Positions 49,276 through 58,698 of a DNA stretch of 64,000 nucleotides are shown piece by piece. The notes under the pieces were generated by a model. That model did no database searches. It saw only the letters and a list, made by a program, of their open reading frames with translations, and had not been told where the DNA came from. The DNA lies in IMG/VR virus record IMGVR_UViG_3300009152_000046, positions 2,425 through 66,424 of that record; one strand, written 5' to 3'. The number at the start of each line of letters is the position of its first letter. Position 1 is the first letter of the stretch. This DNA comes from a virus. The translations under genes were made by a program, and so were the position numbers.

Positions 49276-50066
49276 ATTATTTGATCCTGGTCTTTTTTAT
49301 AAAATCTTTTATTTTCAGGTTGGTACCATTCATACAAAGATGCAGGTACCCTTGAGTGATATCCTAATAATTGTTGTAATTCAAAACTAAACTCATCAAT
49401 CCTGTCGTAACCAATTGCTCTTGGGTAATCTAATAATTGTTTCATGAACGGTTTACTTACGGTTATTGGGATTGCTCTTCTATGATCTTGTGTTATATTT
49501 AGTGCCGATGAATGCCAAACATTAGCGTTAAAAACTATCATGTCGCCCTTTTTACCAACGGCTTGTATAGCGTTTTGAAAAAATTCTTCGTCACTTGGTT
49601 TTTTTTTATCTAAATGAGAATAAGGCAATAGATATGTCGCTCCATTTTCAATTGTAAAATCATCCACCATTAATAAACAATTTAACATAATTGGGAAATC
49701 ACCAGAATAAAATCTTAAATCTCGGTGAACAATTGCCGAGAAATTTGGTTGATTTGGTAGATTATCCAATCCACTAAATGAATTAATAATACACTTACTA
49801 TTAAAAAAAGATTCCGAAAGGAACTCAAAGAATTTTTTACTTTGAATATCTTCCAATAAATTAATGAATATTGGATTACTTAATAACACATGAAGAGCAA
49901 CTCCATTAGTTTGAATATCATTATTGTTATTTAATTGAGTTTCTCTATGCTCAATAAATGCTTTGTCCAAAGCATCCCTTAACAAATCTAACCAATTTTC
50001 ATTGACTAAATTTCGGATAATTGTATACCCTTGTTCTTTTAACTCTATGCTATTTTCTTTTTTCAT
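49272..50066 (-). CDS. phytanoyl-CoA dioxygenase family 2OG-Fe(II) oxygenase
   Basis: HRD, DDFTIENGAT..PYSH and GD..FN..WH motifs. Confidence 0.85.
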   Translation of the reverse strand: MKKENSIELKEQGYTIIRNLVNENWLDLLRDALDKAFIEHRETQLNNNNDIQTNGVALHVLLSNPIFINLLEDIQSKKFFEFLSESFFNSKCIINSFSGLDNLPNQPNFSAIVHRDLRFYSGDFPIMLNCLLMVDDFTIENGATYLLPYSHLDKKKPSDEEFFQNAIQAVGKKGDMIVFNANVWHSSALNITQDHRRAIPITVSKPFMKQLLDYPRAIGYDRIDEFSFELQQLLGYHSRVPASLYEWYQPENKRFYKKDQDQII

Positions 50067-50728
50067 TTTAAAAATTTTTCGTTTTGAGCTCTTTCTCTTA
50101 TAATTTTAGCAGGATTTCCATATGCTAAAACATTTGGTGGTAATGATTTAAGAACAACGCTACCAGCACCAACAACTGTATTTTCTCCAATTTCTAATCT
50201 ATCTAAAACAGTAACGCCTAAAGTTAATGCGGAGAATTTACCCATTTTAACATAACCACCAGTCACTGAACCTGCAGAAATACTTGCAAAATCAGAAATT
50301 ACACAATCATGTTCGACTTGTGCACCGGTTGCAAAAAATGTAAAATCACCAATTGTAGCTTTTGGATTAAATATTACTCCAGCCATTGCAACAACACCAA
50401 CACCAATTGAAACGTAATTTCCAATTATGACTGATGGATGTATTGCATTTACAAATTCGAAATTAGGCATTCTACTAACAATGTCATTATAGACTAATTG
50501 TCTTGACCAATTATCTCCAATGGTTATGATACCACAATCAATGTAATATCTTTTGCATAATTCAACAATATCAGTTTGTCTTCCAAGGACTGGATAATCA
50601 AATCTAATACTTCCAATTTCTTGAACTGAATCGATTATACCAACAATGTTGTACTTACCTTCACGTTCAATAATATCTATGCAATAATGTGCTTGGTTTC
50701 CTCCACCAATTAAAACTATATTTTTCAT
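50063..50728 (-). CDS. NeuD/PglD-family sugar acetyltransferase
   Basis: IGGGNQA, IGDN..R, VEHDC, hexapeptide repeats and GNPAK. Confidence 0.9.
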   Translation of the reverse strand: MKNIVLIGGGNQAHYCIDIIEREGKYNIVGIIDSVQEIGSIRFDYPVLGRQTDIVELCKRYYIDCGIITIGDNWSRQLVYNDIVSRMPNFEFVNAIHPSVIIGNYVSIGVGVVAMAGVIFNPKATIGDFTFFATGAQVEHDCVISDFASISAGSVTGGYVKMGKFSALTLGVTVLDRLEIGENTVVGAGSVVLKSLPPNVLAYGNPAKIIRERAQNEKFLK

Positions 50729-51354
50729 TTTTTATAAATTTCAAATTTTGATAAATCAGGATAAGGTAATTCTAAATCAGCATTATGTTTTTTAGTACCA
50801 TCGGTATTATAGAACTGGCCCATTAATAGAAGTCCACGAGCAGCTAGTTCAGGCATCATATAAAAATTCCATCCTAACATATCAAAATTATCATCATGAT
50901 ATGAACATTCACGGCGACCGCTATATCGAGCTCGTTTAAACCACATGTATGCATCATGATTATCAGTTAAGATCGCACCGCCTTTACTTAATTTAAAGTG
51001 TTTGTATGGACCAGTAAATGAGATACACATATGAGTTCCAGGTTTATACATGTCTGCAGTAAAGCTTAATGCTGAATCCCAAACATTACTTGGAGCCAAT
51101 TGATATGCACCTTTAATTGTTCGCCCTTCAACTGGTGTAAAATTTATTTTAGCGCCAGCATGGATAATTTCACAAGGAACAGAAGGATATGTTCTTGCAG
51201 GTATCGTGATTTCCATACCTTCTACTTTTTCGTACATTAACGCTAAAAAAAGCGCATTACTTTGATTATCGACAGTTATTACATATGGGGCGCCAGTGTA
51301 GTCGCCTAATGCTTTTTCAAAGTCTTCAGTTATTTTGTATACTCCGTTTGCCAT
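50725..51354 (-). CDS. short DegT/DnrJ-family PLP aminotransferase
   Basis: NALFLAL, WDSA and SF...KH...GGAILT motifs. Confidence 0.8.
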   Translation of the reverse strand: MANGVYKITEDFEKALGDYTGAPYVITVDNQSNALFLALMYEKVEGMEITIPARTYPSVPCEIIHAGAKINFTPVEGRTIKGAYQLAPSNVWDSALSFTADMYKPGTHMCISFTGPYKHFKLSKGGAILTDNHDAYMWFKRARYSGRRECSYHDDNFDMLGWNFYMMPELAARGLLLMGQFYNTDGTKKHNADLELPYPDLSKFEIYKK

Positions 51355-51380
51355 GTTATTCTATTTTTTTTATATTTTAT

Positions 51381-52088
51381 TTATTTTATTTTTGAGAAGG
51401 TCGGTTTAAAATTACAGTATTCAAAACACACATCGAGTCTTCCATGTGGGAAACCTAATTTTTTATATTCAGATATATCTTTATTTGAAATTCCAGGAAT
51501 TCTAGGAGTCACTCCTTGAAAATGTATTATTGGAGAACTAGTAGCGATTGCAAATTTCCAACCTTTTTTATATAACATTTCATACAAGTAATCGTCTCCA
51601 CAGAAAAAGCTTAGAGTCTGAGGTATTTGAGAGTATGCAGAACGCCTCATTGTAAAATCCCAGCCCTGACGATATTTGTCTGAAAAAATTTTATAATTTA
51701 GTGGAGTGCAGGTTTGATAGTTAAGATGATTTGTAGCATGCGACACACAGCCAACAGTTGATTCTTTTTCAAAAATATCAAGAGTATCCTTTACAAAATT
51801 TTTAGGAATAATTACGTCATTATTTAGAAAGCAGTAATACTCATATTGATTTTGGCGTACAAATCCATTCCATAAATGGTTCAATGGAATATTTTGTCCA
51901 TTGTATTGTATGCGCTCAATAAAAGGATATTTTAGTGAACTTAAAATATTTTTAGTATTTGGCTCAGTTGATCCATTGTCAATTATAGTCAACTTAAAAT
52001 CAGTAGACGTCTGTTCAGAAAGTTGTCGAACGACGTCAGCGGTATAATTGATATGGTTTCGATTAATTACAATTATTCCAAGTTTCAT
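51381..52088 (-). CDS. glycosyltransferase family 2
   Basis: IIDNGSTE, FLNND and FCGDD motifs. Confidence 0.85.
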   Translation of the reverse strand: MKLGIIVINRNHINYTADVVRQLSEQTSTDFKLTIIDNGSTEPNTKNILSSLKYPFIERIQYNGQNIPLNHLWNGFVRQNQYEYYCFLNNDVIIPKNFVKDTLDIFEKESTVGCVSHATNHLNYQTCTPLNYKIFSDKYRQGWDFTMRRSAYSQIPQTLSFFCGDDYLYEMLYKKGWKFAIATSSPIIHFQGVTPRIPGISNKDISEYKKLGFPHGRLDVCFEYCNFKPTFSKIK

Positions 52089-52948
52089 AAAGTATCGTAT
52101 ATTTTAGTAAATTCATTGACTATTGTTTGAGGATGCCAATGTTTATTCATCCAAGCACGACTTGCATCTCCTTTACTTAAGATTGATTCAATTCCGCTAT
52201 CAATAATTTTACAGAGTTCAAGTTCTAAGTCAGTGCTCCATATGTTAACAAATGGAGAAATAGTTGCACCAGACGATGATAATAAAACCCGTTCTACTTC
52301 AGGAGAAAGAGAGCAAATTGTCATCTTTCCAAGAGCCAGGCCCTCTAGTCCAGAACGGTGATAACTTGCAGTCACACATTCATCAATAATAATATTACAA
52401 TTAGACTTGCGAGCAATACATTGATCTAGAGGAACTCCAGTAATAATGTCGATTTCAACGTCAGTTCCATATATTTTTTTAATTTTAGTTAGAACAGCAA
52501 GTGTGACTGAATATCCTTTATCATGCCATTGACCCATTTTAGTAGACCTGCTTGGAGAAAATCCTATTCTAACGACATTGCTTATAGACTTTGGTGTGTA
52601 TTGAGCAGTTGTGAAATCGATAACATTTCTGACAATTTTGCAATTTGAATATTGAGGAAGAGTTGCATGGTATTGCGAAATAACAAGACGATTATCGACT
52701 CGGCTTTTTAGGTCTACTTGAAACGGTTCGCTATGATATTGCAAAATAGTTTTCTTACCTCGATTTACTGAAGGAAGACGATTATGCGCATGTAAAATAT
52801 CATATCGAGCAGCTGACTCTGGTCTAGCTGCTCCATGCCCTATCATAGAACATCGATAACTTTTGCTAAATTTATTAATAGCAGAAGCAAGTTCGACTGG
52901 AGCTTTTGCTATTGGAGTAGCGCTATAATGATATACTGTTTTTATCAT
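52085..52948 (-). CDS. GT-B glycosyltransferase-like protein
   Basis: FSPS...KG and IIIDE...Y..SGLEGLALG motifs. Confidence 0.65.
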   Translation of the reverse strand: MIKTVYHYSATPIAKAPVELASAINKFSKSYRCSMIGHGAARPESAARYDILHAHNRLPSVNRGKKTILQYHSEPFQVDLKSRVDNRLVISQYHATLPQYSNCKIVRNVIDFTTAQYTPKSISNVVRIGFSPSRSTKMGQWHDKGYSVTLAVLTKIKKIYGTDVEIDIITGVPLDQCIARKSNCNIIIDECVTASYHRSGLEGLALGKMTICSLSPEVERVLLSSSGATISPFVNIWSTDLELELCKIIDSGIESILSKGDASRAWMNKHWHPQTIVNEFTKIYDTL

Positions 52949-54336
52949 CTTTGATTTTTTTTAAAAACTCCAGGTAATATTTCCTTAAATGTTTTCTTTA
53001 GGTATAATTGTTCCGTCGCATACTCGTGGACATTTGAAATGGCCAGTGAATCATTTGATCGAAGAACAGATAATTTACCATTTTCATATCCATTAAATCC
53101 AAATAATGCTAATTCATAGTTAGTTAACCTTAGCTCGTCAATTAAAATAATTATAGCTAGACCGGATGTTGGGACGAGCGTATCTTTACGAAAAGTTCGA
53201 GTTATACTAGATTTGTCTGGATAATTATAGTTTATGATACGCTTCGATGGATAACTTGAAAGTATTTCATCTACTGCATTTTTCCATGGAGATATAGGTT
53301 TGGATAAAATAATTAAATAATCAGAATCAAGATCTAAATTAAATCGGGCTTCTCTAAATATGCAATGAATATTAGTTTTGGTTCCAGTATGCTTAGTTGA
53401 GGTTACATAACCATTAAATCTGATAATTATGTCATATGAATCAATGAGTTCTCCATATTGATAATTAAGAAGTTCTGCTGAATTTGCAACAACTGCTATT
53501 TTTTTACCATTTAGATATTTAAAAAGAGTTTCTCTACTTATAAGTTGAGTTGAGTTAGTAATTTTAGCTAACGGTTCAGGCGGGTTTACAGCTAACTTAG
53601 CGGTTACTTCCTTTTTTTGTTCACGTACTGCAGAATTAAAATTTAAAGGTTTACTCAATTTATGATTAAGTAAATGATTTTGATATAACCATACCTGATT
53701 GATTTTTCCATATTTAGGATTAGTATATGCTATGGTATCATAATCAATAAAACTTGCATTTGCTAATGCTCGAGCAAGTTGCATATACTTTGGATCTGGT
53801 ACAGTCGATGCTAAAACTCCAAGCGTATCAGTATATTCAACGTTATTAGTTTGAAGTAAACTATTTTTTAGACAGTTTAAATAAGAATCAGTTGATGTTT
53901 TATTTAGTGAATCTGTATACGCAGTGTTTGGCGAATCTACATAAAAAATTGAATAATTACCAGCGACCATTATTTTATTTGGTTGTAAAATAGAAGTCAC
54001 GTCCTTCATAAAAAGACAAGTATTACTAAAAAATAATAATTTACTTGGAGCAAAAGAAAAAATAAAGCACCTAAGTTGGTCTTGAACATGGGCTGGTGTT
54101 ATTTTTAATCTTGGTGAAATTGCGACTGCTTGGGAAAATAGTACTATTTCAATATTTTGATAAATTGCTTTTAATTTTTCAAAGTTTAGACTTGAAAGAG
54201 GAAAGTTTGGATGTACAACTAGTGTTATTTTTCCGTTGAACCAGGTGTTGGTTTCAAGGAAACTGTGCACGCTTACTCTAGCTAAGTGGAACTGTGCATC
54301 GCTGGCAATTGTTACTGCATTTATCTTATTTTCCAT
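52945..54336 (-). CDS. GT8-like domain fused to a GT29 sialyltransferase-like domain
   Basis: Sialylmotif-L-like KKIAVVANS..L....GELIDSYDIIIRFN; PTSG; LFGF; HEY..E. Confidence 0.7.
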   Translation of the reverse strand: MENKINAVTIASDAQFHLARVSVHSFLETNTWFNGKITLVVHPNFPLSSLNFEKLKAIYQNIEIVLFSQAVAISPRLKITPAHVQDQLRCFIFSFAPSKLLFFSNTCLFMKDVTSILQPNKIMVAGNYSIFYVDSPNTAYTDSLNKTSTDSYLNCLKNSLLQTNNVEYTDTLGVLASTVPDPKYMQLARALANASFIDYDTIAYTNPKYGKINQVWLYQNHLLNHKLSKPLNFNSAVREQKKEVTAKLAVNPPEPLAKITNSTQLISRETLFKYLNGKKIAVVANSAELLNYQYGELIDSYDIIIRFNGYVTSTKHTGTKTNIHCIFREARFNLDLDSDYLIILSKPISPWKNAVDEILSSYPSKRIINYNYPDKSSITRTFRKDTLVPTSGLAIIILIDELRLTNYELALFGFNGYENGKLSVLRSNDSLAISNVHEYATEQLYLKKTFKEILPGVFKKNQR

Positions 54337-54973
54337 CGAATTTATCTAAATCTTTTTGTGTATCAACATCAACTACTTCCGGAATTTCATAAAATATAGT
54401 AGAGTCGCAATATAAGTTCCTGTTTAATTTATATATTGCGCTGGACTTAAAAATACAGAGATAATGACTTATTTCGAAGCATTTTGGGTAGTCCTGGCGT
54501 CTATATAGATCATGGGGTGTAATTTGGGTACCGAATATACCATTTGATCCAAGCTCCTGTAAACAAAGATATGGGTGAGTCTGAGTCTCCTTCTTACATA
54601 AGAGGGAATCAGTTATTCCGAGCTTATAGTAATCTAAAAAGAACGTTAATGCCCTACCGATGTCCTCCCAAGTACGTTCAGGATAGGTTAAGTACAACAT
54701 TACTATAATATCATCTGGTGTAGAGTCAATTTCGGTGAGTGCATGTAATAAGACATCACGAGTAGAAGTAGTGTCCCTTCCAAGGGAGTCAGGTCGTCTA
54801 ATTACATTAAACCCATGGTCATTGGCTAGGGTTGCAACAATCGGATCGTCGGTAGTTACCCAAACTGATTTTTTATATTCTTCTGGAATAATATTTGCAG
54901 TGTGCTTAAAAAGAGTACGATTTTTAAAAGGAAGTCCCTTTGATCCTAGTCGGGCTGGAATTATTATTTTCAT
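54326..54973 (-). CDS. neuA: CMP-nonulosonate synthetase (acylneuraminate cytidylyltransferase)
   Basis: IIPARLGSKGLPFKN, VTTDD, RRQD and DVDT..D motifs. Confidence 0.9.
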   Translation of the reverse strand: MKIIIPARLGSKGLPFKNRTLFKHTANIIPEEYKKSVWVTTDDPIVATLANDHGFNVIRRPDSLGRDTTSTRDVLLHALTEIDSTPDDIIVMLYLTYPERTWEDIGRALTFFLDYYKLGITDSLLCKKETQTHPYLCLQELGSNGIFGTQITPHDLYRRQDYPKCFEISHYLCIFKSSAIYKLNRNLYCDSTIFYEIPEVVDVDTQKDLDKFDGK

Positions 54974-55620
54974 AGTTTATCGAATGCCTCGATAGATATT
55001 TTTGGAAGATCGACTCTACTTGTAGCGCTAAGATTATATAACCCTACTCCTCTTTTTTCAAGAGCTATTCGATAACTATTGTATGCTGAGTTAACTTTTG
55101 GTAAATTCCTGATCTTAATAATTTGGTGTTGTCCATCCTTCGGATTGTAAAAATGACCGTCTGTAAAATCAACTCCAATTAAGCCAATATTCTTTGCGCC
55201 CATTTTATAGGCAAGTCCAATTGCAGTATATGGAGAATTTTGAAAATGGTCAAGATGGTTGGGCTTATCTAAACTTGAAATAGAGGTTGTACCTAATTCA
55301 AAATGAGCAATATTTTTGTGTCTCCAACCAGCAACACAGGTAAAGAGACACTTTGCAGTTGACTCATTGACGAGCTTACGACGAGAATCAGTAAATCTCT
55401 GTGGAACATCGGTAACTAACAGATAAGTCGGCTGAAACAGTGCAGGTACATCGTTTACCCCTATTGTGATATATTTTGAATAAATATTCTTAAGCTGTAA
55501 AAGAGAAGTACCACATCCGCACACAATAATCTTCGAATCGGGATGAATCCCAACAAATTCGCTCATATTTTTCAGTAGTGCTGACATTCGAGTAGAACTT
55601 TTTCTTTTTTTGTTATACAA
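54970..55620 (-). CDS. Maf/MptE-like putative transferase
   Basis: VCGCGTSL, IGVND, AYKMGAKNIGLIGVDF and YNLS motifs. Confidence 0.6.
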   Translation of the reverse strand: MYNKKRKSSTRMSALLKNMSEFVGIHPDSKIIVCGCGTSLLQLKNIYSKYITIGVNDVPALFQPTYLLVTDVPQRFTDSRRKLVNESTAKCLFTCVAGWRHKNIAHFELGTTSISSLDKPNHLDHFQNSPYTAIGLAYKMGAKNIGLIGVDFTDGHFYNPKDGQHQIIKIRNLPKVNSAYNSYRIALEKRGVGLYNLSATSRVDLPKISIEAFDKL

Positions 55621-55657
55621 TATAGAAGAATAAAAGTTTAGAAAAAAACTGATAAAA

Positions 55658-56632
55658 ATGGATTATTATGCAATATTAGGAGTTCCGAGAACATCAACTG
55701 ATACTGAAATTAAAAAAGAGTATCGCAAATTGGCATTAAAATATCATCCAGATAAAAATGCAGGTGATAAAACGGCAGAGGAACAGTTTAAAAAGATTGC
55801 AGAGGCGTATGGGGTATTGGGAGATCCGGAAAAAAGGAGAAAATACGATGCACCACATAGTGCTGGCTCATTTAGCTTTGACGATTTCGTTAATGGTTTC
55901 GGCAGTCAAGGATTTAGAGAAAGACAGACACAATCTAGTGGTCGTGCTCGATCAAGCCAACATAGAACGCACACACCTCCACCAGCAACTGAATACTTAG
56001 ATATTAAAGTATCGGCTAGCATAGACTTAGCCGAGGCAGCTCAAGGTAAAAAGATTGAACTTAATTTTTCAAGAAAAAAGATCAATTATACTGGCAGAAG
56101 TGGTGACTTAATTACCTTTGTAAAAGAGGACGAGGAGAAGGAGATTAAGATTCAGTTAAATTTAAAAAAGACTTATCTTCAAATAAAGAAAGAGGGTAAT
56201 CGGTATCTTTCAAAAGTAAGAGTCGGCAAACTTGGACACGAGGATGTTTATTCTAGAACGAATATTTGGGGAGAGCTTGAACAGCTACCTCTATTTGGAG
56301 ATCTCTATGTGGAAATTGAAATTATCGTACCAGATAGTATAACACTAGAAGGCAATAATATTGCACAACGAGTAGATATTCCACTGTATAAAGTTATCAC
56401 AAAAGGAGAAAAAATACGTATCGAAACTATCTTTAATAAGAAGTACGATGGCGAAATAAATCAGCCTCAAACACTTACTGATTTGAAATTTATTTTATCT
56501 TCTGAGGGTATAATTGACGAAAAAGGAAAGGTTGGAGACTATATAATAAAGTTTGATATCCTTACACCTGATGTAACTAAGCTAAACAAAGAAGAAAAAG
56601 CTGCTTTCCTATCCTATTTGAGCACCATTTGA
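55658..56632 (+). CDS. dnaJ: J-domain co-chaperone (type II, no Zn finger)
   Basis: [30 protein letters not shown] and GDLYV motifs. Confidence 0.9.
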   Translation: MDYYAILGVPRTSTDTEIKKEYRKLALKYHPDKNAGDKTAEEQFKKIAEAYGVLGDPEKRRKYDAPHSAGSFSFDDFVNGFGSQGFRERQTQSSGRARSSQHRTHTPPPATEYLDIKVSASIDLAEAAQGKKIELNFSRKKINYTGRSGDLITFVKEDEEKEIKIQLNLKKTYLQIKKEGNRYLSKVRVGKLGHEDVYSRTNIWGELEQLPLFGDLYVEIEIIVPDSITLEGNNIAQRVDIPLYKVITKGEKIRIETIFNKKYDGEINQPQTLTDLKFILSSEGIIDEKGKVGDYIIKFDILTPDVTKLNKEEKAAFLSYLSTI

Positions 56633-56691
56633 TAAGTGTACCATGAATTTTTTTACAAAAGCCTTAATAAATAATAAAAAAATTTAAGGCT

Positions 56692-58671
56692 TTGATAAAT
56701 TCAAACAATAAGTCCAATAGTGAGGATGTAGTTCTTATTATTGAGAATGTTGGTCAGAAACTTGCCATACAAACTAACACCAAGAACGGAACCGTTTTAG
56801 AAGGTGTGTGTGCAGTATTTGGTGAAATGAACAACAATCGTAGAGTTTACGAGAAAAACGAGTATTTGCCTCATCTTTCCTATCTTAATGAGAAGATCGC
56901 AAAAAACCAACTAGTTGGTGCTCTAGATCACCCACAACATTTTGAGCCAAAACTAAGTGAAGCTTCACATATCATTGAAAACTTATCACACGATGGTGGT
57001 AACAAAGTAATGATTAAACTTCGAATCTTAGAAAACACGCCAAATGGTAAAATTGCAAAAGCCCTATTAGATGGAGGAGTTCAATTATCAATTTCTTCAA
57101 GAGCAGCTGGAACAGTTAATGAAAGTGGCCGTGTTACTTTACAAAGAATATTTACATATGACTTAGTTGGAGAACCTGGTTTTACTGATGCTGTCCTAAA
57201 ACAAACAGTAAGCGAGTCTCTAAAAAATGAGTTTCAAATGATTACTGAGAGCTATTCTCACCTAAAAGAAATATCATTTATTTCTGCTAAAAAATTACAG
57301 GACGTTTCAGAAAGTTTGAATTTTGCAGATAATTTTAAAGTCTATAAGATAAATAATTCAAATAAAGAGTTAGGAAACGTATTTCAACCGACTCAAAAAA
57401 CACAAAAAAATAGCACAACAATGGCCGATTTTGTAACAAGAGAACAAATGGATCAGTACTCAGAAGTTTTGAAAAATCAGTTTTCTGGCATTAAAAAAGA
57501 GCTTAAAGCTCAAAAAGTAATGTTTGAATCAACTGGTTCAGGATCACCTGAAGTAGATAATTTAAAGCTTGTAGGTTTCGTTAACTACTTAGCAGAACAA
57601 CTTGAAGGAGTTGTAAACTACGCAGACTATCTTTCTAACAAACTTAACGAGTCTATTAAATATACTGAACATGTAGCTGAAACTACAAACAGCGGTATTG
57701 AATATTCTAGTTATGTTGGTGAAAGATTAAACCAAAGCATTAATCATCAAGATTACCTAGCTGAAAAATTAAATCAAACGATTAATTATTCAGAGTATAT
57801 TAAAGAAAATTTAAACAACTCTATTAAGTATCAAGGTTATTTAGCTGAAGAGTTAGATAAAGGACTTCAATACACTGAATATGTTGCTGAAGGAGCAAAC
57901 AGAGGAATTGAATACTCTGAGCACTTAGCAGAAAACATTAATTTGAACCGTGAATATCAACAATACGTTGCTGAGAAATTAGGTCAAACTATCGGTTACA
58001 CTGAATACCTTGCAGAATCTTTAAATGAAGGAGTTACAACAGGCGGAAAACGCAATGTTTTAGGTGGAGTTTCTAAATTAGATGAATCAACTTCAGTTGA
58101 TGCGCTAATCGCAAAAGTTGACCAAGTAATCACTGAAGTAAATGATAATTCTTCTAAAGCAGTTCTTGAAAACAAATATCCTTTCTTAAAGGTTATGACT
58201 GATGCTAAGAAGAAAGCATTCTATACACTAGATGCAGAGAATAAACAAGCGATTGTTGAAACTCTTAACGCATCTGTTTGGTTCAATGAAGCTGATGTAA
58301 CTGGAATCATGGAAGCAGTAATTGCTCACAAAAACGAAAACGTTCCTGCACATATTAAATTCATGCCAGCTGATTTCAAACAAGCATGGTCATTAATGAA
58401 TGAAAATGAAAAAGCAAGAGTTAATGCAAAAGCTCAATTATATACTATCAAAACTCCATACCAAGCTATGACTTTCTGGAGCGAAATAGATATGAGAGGA
58501 CTTAATGAAAGAGTAGAAATTCAAAAGAATAACGCAAAAATAGAAGCACAGCTCAACGAAAGCCAAGGTACAGAAGGCCTAATACCTGTAAATCAGGTTG
58601 TTGAGATGCAGAGAGGTTACTCTCAAGGTTACTTAGAAATGTTATCGCGTCAAGCAGACTATCGAAAGTAA
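56692..58671 (+). CDS. prohead protease (gp21-like) fused to scaffold/core domain
   Basis: NNNRRVY, GALDHP, ISSRAAG and TYDLVGEPGF motifs; C-terminal 14-aa repeats; directly upstream of the capsid gene. Confidence 0.9.
   Translation: MINSNNKSNSEDVVLIIENVGQKLAIQTNTKNGTVLEGVCAVFGEMNNNRRVYEKNEYLPHLSYLNEKIAKNQLVGALDHPQHFEPKLSEASHIIENLSHDGGNKVMIKLRILENTPNGKIAKALLDGGVQLSISSRAAGTVNESGRVTLQRIFTYDLVGEPGFTDAVLKQTVSESLKNEFQMITESYSHLKEISFISAKKLQDVSESLNFADNFKVYKINNSNKELGNVFQPTQKTQKNSTTMADFVTREQMDQYSEVLKNQFSGIKKELKAQKVMFESTGSGSPEVDNLKLVGFVNYLAEQLEGVVNYADYLSNKLNESIKYTEHVAETTNSGIEYSSYVGERLNQSINHQDYLAEKLNQTINYSEYIKENLNNSIKYQGYLAEELDKGLQYTEYVAEGANRGIEYSEHLAENINLNREYQQYVAEKLGQTIGYTEYLAESLNEGVTTGGKRNVLGGVSKLDESTSVDALIAKVDQVITEVNDNSSKAVLENKYPFLKVMTDAKKKAFYTLDAENKQAIVETLNASVWFNEADVTGIMEAVIAHKNENVPAHIKFMPADFKQAWSLMNENEKARVNAKAQLYTIKTPYQAMTFWSEIDMRGLNERVEIQKNNAKIEAQLNESQGTEGLIPVNQVVEMQRGYSQGYLEMLSRQADYRK
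57571..58032 (+). repeat. about eleven tandem 42-nt (14-aa) repeats in the scaffold domain
   Basis: IKYTEHVAETTNSG / INYSEYIKENLNNS / IGYTEYLAESLNEG and similar units. Confidence 0.85.
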
Positions 58672-58698
58672 TAAAATTTAAAAAAATCAACAAAAACA

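Noticed and set aside
44793-55620. Bacterial capsule/LPS locus implying host contamination or a chimeric assembly
   Set aside because: It overlaps the gp5 gene end, is preceded by the phage AAACY promoter and lacks export genes (wzx/wzy/kps)
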